The notes below the pieces were generated by a model. That model was given only the letters and a program-made list of their open reading frames with translations. It had not been told where the DNA came from and did not search any database. Shown here one piece after another: positions 36,629 to 46,721 of a stretch of 64,000 bases of DNA. The stretch lies in IMG/VR virus record IMGVR_UViG_3300042013_000065; one strand, given 5' to 3'. The DNA comes from a virus. Every line of letters starts with the position of its first letter. Position 1 is the first letter of the stretch. The position numbers and the translations under genes are program-made.

Positions 36629-38107
36629 TCAGCAGTAGACGATAATCTCGCACGGCCTTTCTTGATCGTTGTTGAAGGTTAGAACGGCGCGCTCTTTGTT
36701 CAGGTCGAGTGCAAAACCACGTTCGCGCAATTCGTCGGCGCTGTCATGCCATCCCATGTGGTCGGTGTACTCTTCCATAAAACTTACAGCGTCATCACCA
36801 CGCATTACGTAACGAATTACGCCACCATTGGAAACACGCACGGTTTCGTAAGACACGCCGTTAATGTCCAGAATCATTTCGCCAGATGAATCAGTGTTCA
36901 TCAAGCAACCGCGTACGCCGTCCAGCATATGACACAACGTGCTGTAGATCGTGTATTCGGCACCATCCCACGAACACGGACGCGCTTTGATGTCCATGCA
37001 CAAAATCGCTTGAGGGCCACTTGCAACGGATTTCAAATGCAGCGGTTTGCCCGCTAACATCAGTTCATCTTCGTAGCGGAAACCGATTGATTGCAACACG
37101 GATTTTGCACGGCGAATATCCCACGTCTGGAAAAAGTATTCGGCCTGTTCCATACGGGATGGTTGATCCTCCGACACTGGAATCGTGTAAGCGACTTCGC
37201 CCAAATCCCACTTATCAACGAACGTCATTTCATTGCGGGAAATGATAACGTCGAAGTGACGGCACGACACACGCAAAACATTGTCGTTGCCTTTGTGTTC
37301 GATGCAATCGAATTCGAACGACTGCGACCAGAAGTCGGCCATGATTCCGGCCAGCGGCGATTTGGCGAATTCCTTGAACAGATACGGAACGTTGTCGTTG
37401 TGGTACGCCAGCATTTCGTCGAAGCACTCGGTCAATTTCTTGCCCGTGCGTTTCATCGCGTGTTTGCTGAAATACGATGCAACGTCGGCTTCGTCCAGTG
37501 GCGGCTCTTTCTTTTGATACGGGAGTAAAGAGGTGCCGGTTTCTTCGTCGCCCTCTTCCATTTCTTCGTGCGATAAACCCGGTGGCGCCATTACCGGTGC
37601 GACGTGTTCACGCAGCATCTTCAATTCTTTTGCACCTTGAACCTCTTTCACAACTTCGGCAGCTTTGCGGCCTTTGCCTTTGTTGCGTTGTACAATCCCG
37701 GTCACGGTTGGCAGTTGGCTGTTTTCGAAAATCGAAACGCCGAATTCATCCGCGTACACGTGCTGCATATCGTTGCTGATCAAACTGAATTCAGTCAGCC
37801 AACCTTTCAGCGTGCTTTCTTTGTACATCTTTGCCAGCGTTTCCTGATTACGCTCCGACAAATTGAGCGCAACCAGTTCCAACGCGTAAGTACGGTCGAA
37901 CTGATATTTGTTGTTCGTGTACACGCGCATTTTCGCCAGCAGCGGCGCGGCCAGTGCAGTGATTGCCACGTAGCCATTCAGGTACTCGACCAGCGAATCT
38001 TTTTCAGCTTTGGTCAGATTGATTTTCTTTGCGTACTGCTGCGCGTTGTGATTTGGCAGATCGCCTTTGACGTAGCTGACGAAACTGCGTTTGCGTTTGA
38101 TAGCCAT
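36629..38107 (-). CDS. Hypothetical protein (492 aa)
   Basis: AAGGA RBS; strong codon bias. Confidence 0.8.
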   Translation of the reverse strand: MAIKRKRSFVSYVKGDLPNHNAQQYAKKINLTKAEKDSLVEYLNGYVAITALAAPLLAKMRVYTNNKYQFDRTYALELVALNLSERNQETLAKMYKESTLKGWLTEFSLISNDMQHVYADEFGVSIFENSQLPTVTGIVQRNKGKGRKAAEVVKEVQGAKELKMLREHVAPVMAPPGLSHEEMEEGDEETGTSLLPYQKKEPPLDEADVASYFSKHAMKRTGKKLTECFDEMLAYHNDNVPYLFKEFAKSPLAGIMADFWSQSFEFDCIEHKGNDNVLRVSCRHFDVIISRNEMTFVDKWDLGEVAYTIPVSEDQPSRMEQAEYFFQTWDIRRAKSVLQSIGFRYEDELMLAGKPLHLKSVASGPQAILCMDIKARPCSWDGAEYTIYSTLCHMLDGVRGCLMNTDSSGEMILDINGVSYETVRVSNGGVIRYVMRGDDAVSFMEEYTDHMGWHDSADELRERGFALDLNKERAVLTFNNDQERPCEIIVYC

Positions 38108-38116
38108 GATGATTCC

Positions 38117-38524
38117 TTAACCTAAATGGATTGGTAGAGTTTTGTAAAAAGCTTGTTCGTCGGCAGTCAGTGCCCAACGCCCGTTCGTGATGTTGCGGTA
38201 TTCGGTGAAACAGGCACGCAACCATTCGTGCGTTCGGAACGATACGTAACCCTGTGCTATGTCAGCACGTTCCTTTTCGTCTAGGGCGCTCTCTACGGCA
38301 CCGCCAAGCGATTCTTTCACAACGGCAATGGCATTGATGCGGGAAGCGTTAATAAACGCCTCAGACCACACCGTAATGACCGTCTGCGTCACGTGCGAAA
38401 TGATCCACAGGTGTTCCGCCTCGGGAATCGTTGTGAACGTGTCGCGCAGGCTGCGATTCAATTCGGGAAACGGCAACAGCGAAAGCTTGTCACCGTGCAG
38501 CGCCATCAACGCATTAAAGTCCAT
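38117..38524 (-). CDS. Hypothetical protein
   Basis: Start MDFNAL with GGAGG RBS. Confidence 0.65.
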   Translation of the reverse strand: MDFNALMALHGDKLSLLPFPELNRSLRDTFTTIPEAEHLWIISHVTQTVITVWSEAFINASRINAIAVVKESLGGAVESALDEKERADIAQGYVSFRTHEWLRACFTEYRNITNGRWALTADEQAFYKTLPIHLG

Positions 38525-38711
38525 TTCTTTGATCCTCCAATTCTTGGATTGTGTGGCGGTAGTCAATCACGATTTGAGCGATGGGCAGATCAACCCAATT
38601 CACCGGCCACCACCACACGAAATTTGCTTTGTTGGTAATGTGGTCGCCAAAACGTAACAGGCTGGCACCCTTGTATTTGATCAATGTATTGAAACGACCG
38701 AACCTGTACAT
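38514..38711 (-). CDS. Hypothetical protein
   Basis: Start MYRFG with GAGG RBS. Confidence 0.5.
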   Translation of the reverse strand: MYRFGRFNTLIKYKGASLLRFGDHITNKANFVWWWPVNWVDLPIAQIVIDYRHTIQELEDQRNGL

Positions 38712-38739
38712 TTTACAACCCTCATATTGCGCTGCGCAT

Positions 38740-38961
38740 TTAACGCGGCACAAAACGGCATTTATGTTTTAGGGCGAAGTCTATGGCGACCTTGTAGGCG
38801 TCGTTGTGTTCCATCGAATTCATACCCGGCAACGTTCGCCAGAAAAGGCAACCGTAGTCACCACCTTTAACCTGCACGCAGAAAATGAATGGGCCAGCAA
38901 AGCTAACCTCTTCCTTAATGCGCACGCGGAGTTCTGCTTTACCAAACAAACTCATTTGCAC
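38740..38961 (-). CDS. Hypothetical protein
   Basis: 73-aa ORF. Confidence 0.5.
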   Translation of the reverse strand: MQMSLFGKAELRVRIKEEVSFAGPFIFCVQVKGGDYGCLFWRTLPGMNSMEHNDAYKVAIDFALKHKCRFVPR

Positions 38962-38975
38962 CTCGATTGTTTAGG

Positions 38976-39278
38976 TCAGCACACCCTTACCGATTTAATT
39001 TGTGACTTTGGTTTATACGCACGGCCACCAGTAAGCCAATCGCGGTTCTTCCCCAAACATTCCTGTTCCAGCATGACCCAAAAATCTTTGTGATTGGTTT
39101 TCACCAGATACAAAGCTTCTTCCAAGGTCAGTGCTTTCACGAACACTTCTAATTTCGTGAACGTGCTGTCATTCCGGGTACTGAAAACAAAACGGTAGTC
39201 GTAACGCATTGCAGAATTATTGCCGAGCGTCCTTTCTAACGGTGTGCCTTTGCCGCCATCGCGATACTTGAGTGCCAT
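38976..39278 (-). CDS. Hypothetical protein
   Basis: AAGGG RBS. Confidence 0.6.
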   Translation of the reverse strand: MALKYRDGGKGTPLERTLGNNSAMRYDYRFVFSTRNDSTFTKLEVFVKALTLEEALYLVKTNHKDFWVMLEQECLGKNRDWLTGGRAYKPKSQIKSVRVC

Positions 39279-39297
39279 GCGTATTCCCTTACTTCAA

Positions 39298-39777
39298 TTA
39301 TTGCCAAACTGCGGCGAAAAGGTCGGTGTCCAATTTGTTGTCAGGGCCACCGTCTGTGTTGTCACGCTTCTGTTCGTTCCACGCCGATTCATACGCCGCT
39401 TCGGTTGGGAAACCGTTGGGGAACATCATAACGAAATCGTTCAGCGTGTAGACGGTGCCAAGCGTATCACGGCGTTTTGCATCGTGATAAATGGCGTGCA
39501 CGACTTGCGTACTCTGTGCCGGGTTTTTCAGCAGACCGAAAACCACGAACGCGACCAGATTCAATTCCAGATTCAAACCGACAGACTTTGCACGCGTGGT
39601 GAACACCATCCACAGGAAATTGCGTTTTTCCTGCATGTCTTTATCCAGCGCTTCCAGCTTTTCCGGGTCAGCCATCATGCAACCCAACAGAGTTTCGCTT
39701 TGATGATCGGACATCAGCGAGGTCGCGTATTTGTTCAGAGGCTTGACGGCGATTTGTGGAGCAGCGGCATTAGTCAT
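39298..39777 (-). CDS. Hypothetical protein
   Basis: AAGGA RBS; GFPT...W..QK...DN.LD. Confidence 0.7.
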   Translation of the reverse strand: MTNAAAPQIAVKPLNKYATSLMSDHQSETLLGCMMADPEKLEALDKDMQEKRNFLWMVFTTRAKSVGLNLELNLVAFVVFGLLKNPAQSTQVVHAIYHDAKRRDTLGTVYTLNDFVMMFPNGFPTEAAYESAWNEQKRDNTDGGPDNKLDTDLFAAVWQ

Positions 39778-39819
39778 TTGATGCTTTCCTTTTTAGGAGT
39801 TGGGTTTTACAGCGGGGAA

Positions 39820-40188
39820 TTAAACGGTCAAAGGGCCGGACGGGTCGATGTCGCTTGGCTCTTCAATGAACGTCAGCGATTCGCCTTTCGCCAGTGCTTC
39901 AATCATCACACTGAAAAGCAGGTTGTACGAATGCAGGCGAGGCAACACGCTTTCGTACAGCGTTGGATCTTTCAGCAATTTGGAACGCTTACCGATTTGT
40001 TTGCCGAGGATGATAACGGCGCTGTCCATGTCCTGAATGGTCAGGGTGACTTCGGTAGGTTCGTATTCTTCGCCTTCCTCACGGTCATCAAGGAAATCGT
40101 CAAGCGCACGGAAATTTCCGAGACGCGGCAATTGCGATTGTACGAAACTGATCGCCGATTCCATTTCTTCGTTGTAGATAATTTCCAT
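39820..40188 (-). CDS. Acidic hypothetical protein
   Basis: GGAG RBS. Confidence 0.65.
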   Translation of the reverse strand: MEIIYNEEMESAISFVQSQLPRLGNFRALDDFLDDREEGEEYEPTEVTLTIQDMDSAVIILGKQIGKRSKLLKDPTLYESVLPRLHSYNLLFSVMIEALAKGESLTFIEEPSDIDPSGPLTV

Positions 40189-40436
40189 CAGTATTTCTCC
40201 AGTTCAACAAGGGCTTTAACAAACGTAGCACGACGGCTAACGAAATCGGTTTCTTTCTCGCTAACAACGGTGTAGCTGTTTTTCTTCACAATGACGCTAA
40301 CAGGCTCGATGCCCATAAAGCCAAGGTGAATATAAATTTTCATTGGCCCGTAATTCAACCGACGATCAAAGGCCAGCCGAACACGGTAGCCAATGAGCAT
40401 GAAAAGAAACGCCATCCACAGCGCACGTAAAGTCAT
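40188..40436 (-). CDS. Small hypothetical protein
   Basis: Coupled ORF with hydrophobic N-terminus. Confidence 0.55.
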   Translation of the reverse strand: MTLRALWMAFLFMLIGYRVRLAFDRRLNYGPMKIYIHLGFMGIEPVSVIVKKNSYTVVSEKETDFVSRRATFVKALVELEKY

Positions 40437-40690
40437 TTCAGGATTACCCCTATAAGAAGCAGGATGCACAACCCACAATTCAAAAATTCAATTGTACGTG
40501 TGGCCCTGTCGCAATTCTGTCCCACGCGGGTCAGCATGCTAATGACGAATACCAACGCAATCGCTACACACGCATTACGTAAGGAAGGTTCAAACACGAC
40601 GATACACGCCAGCACAATCAGACCGTACACCACAAACGCATGGGGCCGGGTTAGAAACGTCGTATCAATTTTCATTGTCCCTATGTTCAT
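40433..40690 (-). CDS. Small multi-TM membrane protein
   Basis: Three hydrophobic segments. Confidence 0.6.
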   Translation of the reverse strand: MNIGTMKIDTTFLTRPHAFVVYGLIVLACIVVFEPSLRNACVAIALVFVISMLTRVGQNCDRATRTIEFLNCGLCILLLIGVILK

Positions 40691-40905
40691 TGGAGTACAC
40701 CCCGAACGATTAGAACGACAATGCAAATGGCGCAGGCAATTTTCATCCCGCGATTATCGACGATACGGTAAGCGCAACCCATAAGGATGCAGCCGCCGAT
40801 AGTCAGACGGTAAACGTGTTCACCGCCAAACGATTGCAGAACCAGTACAGCAGTGCCTAGCAAGGTTAGCAGCGCGATCATGTAGTTACGGGTTGTAGCC
40901 GTCAT
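40687..40905 (-). CDS. Small multi-TM membrane protein
   Basis: Start MTATTR with AAGGA RBS; three hydrophobic segments. Confidence 0.6.
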   Translation of the reverse strand: MTATTRNYMIALLTLLGTAVLVLQSFGGEHVYRLTIGGCILMGCAYRIVDNRGMKIACAICIVVLIVRGVLQ

Positions 40906-41004
40906 GGGAAACTTCCTTAGATCCGTGAGGGACTGAATTACAGGCAGCCGAGTGCCGAGGTGATACATAGTGCCAGCATCACCCCAGCGCGTCAAGTCCT
41001 TGGC

Positions 41005-41454
41005 TTACAAGGGGTTAGCCCCTGCGGTGATAGCCTTCTGCGCAGCAATGGCGAGTTCCAAAACGTTACCGCCACGCCCATTAAGCAAGGCTTGTGCTTC
41101 GCTTACCTTGATCCAACCGCGATTGCGCTTTGTGTACTCTTCCCAATCCACGAACGAAAGGAAGTGAGCGAGGAAATACGTATCGCGGGAAATGTATGGG
41201 CCGGGTTCTGCATTGTCGTCGTGGTGGTCGCGTTCGGAATCTTGCGTATCCAGCTTCTGCACAATCGTAACGGCTACGCCTGCTTCTTCGCGGGTTTCCT
41301 TTTGCGCATTTTCTTCAGCGGTCAAACCGGCTTCGATTCCGCCCTTTGGAAAAACCCACTTGGTGCGATCTTTCGAAGACGTGACCAAATAAACTTCGGT
41401 GGCTGCTTCGTTGAGGATTACACAACCACTGCATTCGCGAACTTGGAGAGTCAT
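41005..41454 (-). CDS. Nudix hydrolase (Ap6A/DIPP-like), paralog of 14299..14730
   Basis: WVFPKGGIEAGLTAEENAQKETREEAGV; W.E...R.R.W. Confidence 0.9.
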   Translation of the reverse strand: MTLQVRECSGCVILNEAATEVYLVTSSKDRTKWVFPKGGIEAGLTAEENAQKETREEAGVAVTIVQKLDTQDSERDHHDDNAEPGPYISRDTYFLAHFLSFVDWEEYTKRNRGWIKVSEAQALLNGRGGNVLELAIAAQKAITAGANPL

Positions 41455-41491
41455 ATTTTAGCCCTTACTGAATTTGAATTGTGAACTGCGA

Positions 41492-42202
41492 TCAAGCGTA
41501 AACGAAATCGGCGCCGTAGTTATCCCACACCATTCCGCGTGTGCGTTGATCGTACGTAATGTGCACTTGCAAATATTTGTCCACTTGAATCAGTACGTAC
41601 AGACCGCCAATGGTCAAAGCCATATGGTTGTCTTCGTTGCGTACAAATTCAAACTTGTTGATCACGCCCGTAGGTGAAACCAAATGGTGGCTTTGCAAGA
41701 AATACAGCGCACGGAGCAAAGCATCATCAACGACAGCCACCACCCAATCGTACGGATGCCCATTAAGCATACCGTCACGGAAATGTTGGCTGTCTAAAAT
41801 GCCTACCAAATGTTCCACAACCGTAACCATGGAAACAAGGTTGATCAAATGGATGTCTTCGCGCACAACGTGGCTGCTACACATCGGGCCTAAACCGGGA
41901 TGCAGGCTCACAACATTTACGTTACGTTCGTACAGTTCGTCACGGGCGGCACGGCTCAAACCACGTAGCCAACTAAAGCTACTGCCGAAACCAAAACTGC
42001 CGTGGTGACGATTGTTGCTGATCACCGCTTCGTGCATGCTGGAAATGAAAGCTTTCAGTACACGCTGCTTCGTAACCATCTGGCCCCGGAATTCAGCATT
42101 CACTACATACTGAAGTTTGGAGCTTTCATTGTCGTCGAGTAAATCGTCAGCAGACGTGACCACACGAAACAGCGTGGGGTATTGAATTTTTACGTCAGTC
42201 AT
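41492..42202 (-). CDS. Hypothetical protein
   Basis: 236-aa ORF. Confidence 0.65.
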   Translation of the reverse strand: MTDVKIQYPTLFRVVTSADDLLDDNESSKLQYVVNAEFRGQMVTKQRVLKAFISSMHEAVISNNRHHGSFGFGSSFSWLRGLSRAARDELYERNVNVVSLHPGLGPMCSSHVVREDIHLINLVSMVTVVEHLVGILDSQHFRDGMLNGHPYDWVVAVVDDALLRALYFLQSHHLVSPTGVINKFEFVRNEDNHMALTIGGLYVLIQVDKYLQVHITYDQRTRGMVWDNYGADFVYA

Positions 42203-42585
42203 AAAAGTCCATGTTCCTTTAGGCGAGCGTCGATTTCGTCTTTAGCCAAACTGCGAATTTGTTTTTTGCGCTTCTGTTTCTTTTCGATGCGCTCGCGTTC
42301 TGTGCGTGCACGCATCAAGCGTTCATGAGCAATCATACCCGCAACCCAACCGAGGCCACTGGAAACGCTACCGAACAGCAAAACATAAACGCTTGGATTT
42401 GCGGCAACCATAACGATGATCGAAAGGTCGCACAGGTTCATGGCCGTACCGAAAACGAAGGCTAGGCGTTTGTGCCCGCCTGCAACGTTACGACTTTGAA
42501 ACCCACGCAAAAATGTTGTGGTGAATAGCGCCAGCACAGTGCCGACCACGTACAGCAAATGTGTGTATGGCGCGAATATTTCCAT
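42199..42585 (-). CDS. Three-TM membrane protein, paralog of 47539..47820
   Basis: TFLRGFQSRNV..GH...G...G...GM..H. Confidence 0.7.
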   Translation of the reverse strand: MEIFAPYTHLLYVVGTVLALFTTTFLRGFQSRNVAGGHKRLAFVFGTAMNLCDLSIIVMVAANPSVYVLLFGSVSSGLGWVAGMIAHERLMRARTERERIEKKQKRKKQIRSLAKDEIDARLKEHGLL

Positions 42586-42593
42586 TGAGTCTC

Positions 42594-42998
42594 CTAGAGA
42601 GTTTTCAAGCCCTCAATTTTGTAGCTTGAGCAGATGTCGTTTATTTCGTCTTCCACAAACTGGTTGTACGTACGACGTTTGATTCTGATTTCTTCCAACG
42701 CAATTTCTTGGTTGATGTCAATGATCTTGTTTCGCATATTACGAATGCCGTTCACTGCATGCTGCACAGTGGGGAAGTAATATTCTCCACGTGGGCCACG
42801 GTCGCCGTTACCTTGTAGCTTGTCGAGAACCGAAACACGTTCATCGCAAACCTTTTCCAGTTCCCGATAGATACGGTCGAGTTCTTTCAAACGTGTAGCA
42901 GGATGCACAGCTTCATTTTTGATTGTGTTTTCGAAGTCACCGACAAACGCGTTCAATCGACGTTTGTGGTGTGCGTCGAGTTCTTTATCACGGAACAT
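42594..42998 (-). CDS. Hypothetical helical protein
   Basis: AAGGTG RBS. Confidence 0.6.
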   Translation of the reverse strand: MFRDKELDAHHKRRLNAFVGDFENTIKNEAVHPATRLKELDRIYRELEKVCDERVSVLDKLQGNGDRGPRGEYYFPTVQHAVNGIRNMRNKIIDINQEIALEEIRIKRRTYNQFVEDEINDICSSYKIEGLKTL

Positions 42999-43007
42999 GT
43001 ATCACCT

Positions 43008-43337
43008 TTACAGTTTGATACCGACGACAGCAGCGATCTTGCGATAGTCAGTCATCGAAGGTTGTTTGCAGTCGAGCGCACCGGAAATCAAAACGTTTGT
43101 CGTGGTCAGGTGACAAAGCTTGTCGGTGCTTTTCACGTAGAACGACTGGCCGCGAATCTCGCCAGAAAAGAACGTGGAAAGAACCACGACTTCCGGCACC
43201 GCTTCATTCTGTGCAAGGTTCGTTGCATTCGATGCTGCGTTGAGTCGCCCGATACTGGCGGAAAGGCCCCACAAAGCTAGGGCCGCAAATACAGCCAGCA
43301 CACCACCGCACGCGATTACGTATTTGCTAGGCTTCAT
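43008..43337 (-). CDS. Membrane-anchored/secreted hypothetical protein
   Basis: N-terminal hydrophobic segment. Confidence 0.6.
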   Translation of the reverse strand: MKPSKYVIACGGVLAVFAALALWGLSASIGRLNAASNATNLAQNEAVPEVVVLSTFFSGEIRGQSFYVKSTDKLCHLTTTNVLISGALDCKQPSMTDYRKIAAVVGIKL

Positions 43338-43339
43338 GG

Positions 43340-44323
43340 TTATTTGTCCAGATCAATTACAGGAAGGTTCACACCACCATCGTTTGCAATTTGAATCAGG
43401 CGCGAAATCGACAACGCGTCAGTTGCCCACGATTGTCTGTGCATCACTTCCAGAACCAGCCATTCTTCAGTGGTGATTTTGAAACGCTCACGAAATTGCG
43501 GAACCATGTAACGCTCAGCCACACCAGTTTGATTCATGGCGCGTGCATGTACAACAATTGCCCGTGCCCATTCGTGCGCGATGCGGGCCAGATCGTTTTC
43601 GTCTTCAATCAATTCGTGAGGATGAATCGGCTTCAAACTTTCATCGGTCGGAATGCCCAACAGTTCTGCAATTCTTGTCAGGGTGTCCAGCTCCAATTCG
43701 TCGATGTGTCCTTCGTACAACGCTTGCCAAATAGTTTGCGAAAAACCGAGGGTGTTAGTGAGCCACGTATATTCTTTCTTGCCGTAACGTTCGGTGACTG
43801 CGTTACGGATAACTCGCATGATACGCGAACGCTCTTTCAAGTCTTCACGTTCTGCCGGATCGTCAATCAGCGCATCGAACGCATTTGCGTAGCGCTCCAC
43901 AAACGAACGGACGTTCATACCAACAACCACTTGACCGGGCAACGGCGGGCAGCACTGAATATTCGACGTTGCTAAATCACGCAGTGCAACCAACGTGGTT
44001 TCCGTTGAGCCAAGCGTAATGCCATTCAACAGGGAATTGATACCGTCGCGCAAACGCCAGATTTCGTCGCGGTACTGGCTGCACAAATCGCCAAGGCCAT
44101 CACGTTGACCGCCGAGGAAATCAACGGCCTGTGCGTTGTCACGTTCGTAGTTTTCGCACTCGACATTCTTTGTAGCAATTTCGTTGTGCATTGTGGTGAT
44201 GCAAGTTTCCAGACGCTGCGTCAAAGGACACACGCCTGCATGCTCTGCCCATTCGCGTTCTTCCAGCATCCGCACCATGGATTCAACAGCGTTCAACGAA
44301 TCAGCAGAAGTCACGATTTTCAT
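43340..44323 (-). CDS. Coiled-coil protein with two XRE-like HTH modules
   Basis: LTNTLGFSQTIWQALYEGHIDELELDTLTRIAELLGI, plus a second degenerate copy ending LSISRLIQIA..GG. Confidence 0.55.
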   Translation of the reverse strand: MKIVTSADSLNAVESMVRMLEEREWAEHAGVCPLTQRLETCITTMHNEIATKNVECENYERDNAQAVDFLGGQRDGLGDLCSQYRDEIWRLRDGINSLLNGITLGSTETTLVALRDLATSNIQCCPPLPGQVVVGMNVRSFVERYANAFDALIDDPAEREDLKERSRIMRVIRNAVTERYGKKEYTWLTNTLGFSQTIWQALYEGHIDELELDTLTRIAELLGIPTDESLKPIHPHELIEDENDLARIAHEWARAIVVHARAMNQTGVAERYMVPQFRERFKITTEEWLVLEVMHRQSWATDALSISRLIQIANDGGVNLPVIDLDK

Positions 44324-44324
44324 T

Positions 44325-44588
44325 TCATTCTCCAGAAATTGTTTTGACAGTCACTACAACGACACGATTTTCTAAATCCATGTGCATGTGAACAGCCGCT
44401 GACAAAAGTGCACACGCGATGCACACAGTCACCAACCAACGATTGGCGATAAAAGCAGGTGCCAGAACCAACGTGGCGAGGTAGCAAACTTGCAGGAACA
44501 CGCTTGGGCCAACAATAATCTTCGCAGTGGTGATAGCGAGGCCGGAAATGACGCAGAACAAAAACCAATTACGTTTTACGAAAGCCAT
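44325..44588 (-). CDS. Small membrane protein
   Basis: Three hydrophobic segments. Confidence 0.6.
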   Translation of the reverse strand: MAFVKRNWFLFCVISGLAITTAKIIVGPSVFLQVCYLATLVLAPAFIANRWLVTVCIACALLSAAVHMHMDLENRVVVVTVKTISGE

Positions 44589-44600
44589 GGGATTTCCCTA

Positions 44601-44852
44601 TCAGATATATGCAGAATGAATTGAGCCGACAACCAGCATCAGTAAGAGCCACGCCCACATGAGACACTTGCGCGTTGCAAGGTGCGCCAACAAAGTAGCT
44701 GCCGCGCAGTATGTCACCGTCGTGAAAACGGTAGGCTTATGGAAACACCAAAGCAGATTGTGGCTCAGCAAAACAATGCTCGCAAACAACGTGGAGTTTT
44801 CAGAAACCCATTTCCACGTGATTGCTGGAATTTTCATTGCGGGCGATAGCAT
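44601..44852 (-). CDS. Small membrane protein
   Basis: Start MLSP with AGGAG RBS; hydrophobic. Confidence 0.55.
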   Translation of the reverse strand: MLSPAMKIPAITWKWVSENSTLFASIVLLSHNLLWCFHKPTVFTTVTYCAAATLLAHLATRKCLMWAWLLLMLVVGSIHSAYI

Positions 44853-45199
44853 GGATTCTCCTTGAAACGGCAGTGCTGCGAAATATCGAACCAACCATCA
44901 GCCTTTTGAATTTCCACGTACGCTTCGTGTGAGAAAAACAAAATGAATTCGTCAGTCAGTTCAAACGAAATCGACAGTTCCAACGAGCCGTTGGGATTTT
45001 CGTATTCCATGTAAATGGTTTCAAACGTTTCGTGATGATCCAACTGCCTGTACGTCTGGCCGTAGTAGTCAGTAGACCGGCACACAACGTGCGTGTATTT
45101 CGCAAGCTTGTTGAGGTCGAACGTACCGGCCAAAGTTCCGTGAATATAATCTTCTTTATTCACGCGCAGAATTTGCGGGCGTTGCAATTCCTGTTCCAT
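44834..45199 (-). CDS. Hypothetical protein
   Basis: Start MEQELQ coupled (TAATG). Confidence 0.6.
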   Translation of the reverse strand: MEQELQRPQILRVNKEDYIHGTLAGTFDLNKLAKYTHVVCRSTDYYGQTYRQLDHHETFETIYMEYENPNGSLELSISFELTDEFILFFSHEAYVEIQKADGWFDISQHCRFKENPCYRPQ

Positions 45200-45468
45200 T
45201 AGTAGGGCTTCCAGTAAGTGGTTTCTTTGCAGCCGGGGCAAACGTGGCGGTACAACTTACCACGCGGAATAACTATGATCCCACGAATGTTATGTGCAGG
45301 ATGCGTACACCCATTGGTGTTTGGTACGTAGTCTGGATCTTTGATAAAACCAGATTGTTTTTCCGCTTCAATCTGCATTGCCGTTTCAAGCATTGCACGA
45401 TTCCAATCTGCGTCAGTCCACTCAGACGTATCGGCAGCTTCTATTTTTGGCGGGTCAACACGAATCAT
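45199..45468 (-). CDS. Small Zn-ribbon-like protein
   Basis: CTHP.H...Y.HVCPGC. Confidence 0.6.
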   Translation of the reverse strand: MIRVDPPKIEAADTSEWTDADWNRAMLETAMQIEAEKQSGFIKDPDYVPNTNGCTHPAHNIRGIIVIPRGKLYRHVCPGCKETTYWKPY

Positions 45469-45989
45469 TGGTCAGAATCCTTGTTCGCTTCGCTGCCGGG
45501 AGGAACAAATGGCATTTTTGCACTTGTTCTTCCCGTTCTCGCACTTTTATATCCGTGCGTCATACAGCGAGGCTTTCGCAAAAACATGTCAATGGTATCT
45601 TGAGGCACGCTGTAATGAGTAGCGGTATCGTCCAGTTCATCGGCACGAACAAAACAAACCCATTCAGCAAAATCGTTGCCTGATCCCCACACGTAATAAC
45701 CGTGTGTCATAACGTATGCTTTCACGCGGTCACTGTGATAATGCAGCGGTTCGTTTTCGAAACCCGGCGCACGATACTGAAGACCGGGCACCGTGTGTGA
45801 CAGTTCCAAGATTTGGCTACTGCTGATTTCCAAATGATGGTAGCGGTGTTCGTTTTTCAGAAAGACCAAACACATGTCGTCACACATACCGAGTTTCTGT
45901 ACGATACGCGCCACGCCTTTTTGCCCTTCGTATTTTTCTACGAAATCGCGTAGGCGTTCAAAACTTACCAAACTGTTCAGGATGTCCAT
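45465..45989 (-). CDS. Hypothetical protein
   Basis: 174-aa ORF. Confidence 0.65.
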   Translation of the reverse strand: MDILNSLVSFERLRDFVEKYEGQKGVARIVQKLGMCDDMCLVFLKNEHRYHHLEISSSQILELSHTVPGLQYRAPGFENEPLHYHSDRVKAYVMTHGYYVWGSGNDFAEWVCFVRADELDDTATHYSVPQDTIDMFLRKPRCMTHGYKSARTGRTSAKMPFVPPGSEANKDSDQ

Positions 45990-45993
45990 GGTG

Positions 45994-46230
45994 TTAGTAC
46001 GCCTCTTCCGGCATTTCGTCCGACAGCGTGAAGTGAAACGGTACGGCTGGGTACAAACGTTTCATGGTATTTTCAATGTCCTGTTTTTCTACATCGTTCA
46101 GAACATCAAAACGGATTGGACGGCCACGCGTTGCGTACAACTCCGAGGCTTGCTTACACAGGCTAATGCAATCGTCCGGCCATGTGATTGCGCGCTTCTT
46201 GTCGAAATCTTTCAGTTCATCAGGTGACAT
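45994..46230 (-). CDS. Hypothetical protein
   Basis: Start MSPDE with GGAG RBS. Confidence 0.55.
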   Translation of the reverse strand: MSPDELKDFDKKRAITWPDDCISLCKQASELYATRGRPIRFDVLNDVEKQDIENTMKRLYPAVPFHFTLSDEMPEEAY

Positions 46231-46480
46231 ACGGTTTCTCCAACAGGTTCCACAAAAGGTGAAAGTGTTCATCGGCTTGAGCTGTCTTTACACTTTCCAG
46301 CGCGGCCCTAGTTTCCTCGACACTCACACCCTTTTTCTCAAGGTACTTGATCAACGCGATTTCTAACCGCGTCTTTTCATTCAACGCTTTGACCATTGCA
46401 CGCACGTGGTTGCGATCTTCGTCTACGCGGCGCTGTGTGCGGTTTCTGCGCTTCAACAAACGTGCGTCATATTCAGGCAT
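46220..46480 (-). CDS. Basic hypothetical protein
   Basis: 86-aa ORF. Confidence 0.6.
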   Translation of the reverse strand: MPEYDARLLKRRNRTQRRVDEDRNHVRAMVKALNEKTRLEIALIKYLEKKGVSVEETRAALESVKTAQADEHFHLLWNLLEKPYVT

Positions 46481-46721
46481 CTTTCACTTCCTGCAAATCT
46501 GCTACAGCACGTTTCGAGTGCAGCCAGTATTGCGGATCGTCAATCAGGATTTTCGCAACCTCCTGACTGAAGCCTTCACGGACAACCCAACCGTGCGCAC
46601 CGATTTTAGGTTCAGTGCCGAACGCTTTTACGATTCGATTTTTGTCATGCGCCAGATATTTTGTACCGGGCGGAATCGTGATAATTGCGTTCATGTAAAC
46701 CACACGCTTATGGGTAGTCAT
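46473..46721 (-). CDS. Small phage protein, paralog of the C-terminus of 46708..47229
   Basis: GTKYLAHD....KAFG..P....W....W..SKRAVADL. Confidence 0.65.
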   Translation of the reverse strand: MTTHKRVVYMNAIITIPPGTKYLAHDKNRIVKAFGTEPKIGAHGWVVREGFSQEVAKILIDDPQYWLHSKRAVADLQEVKDA

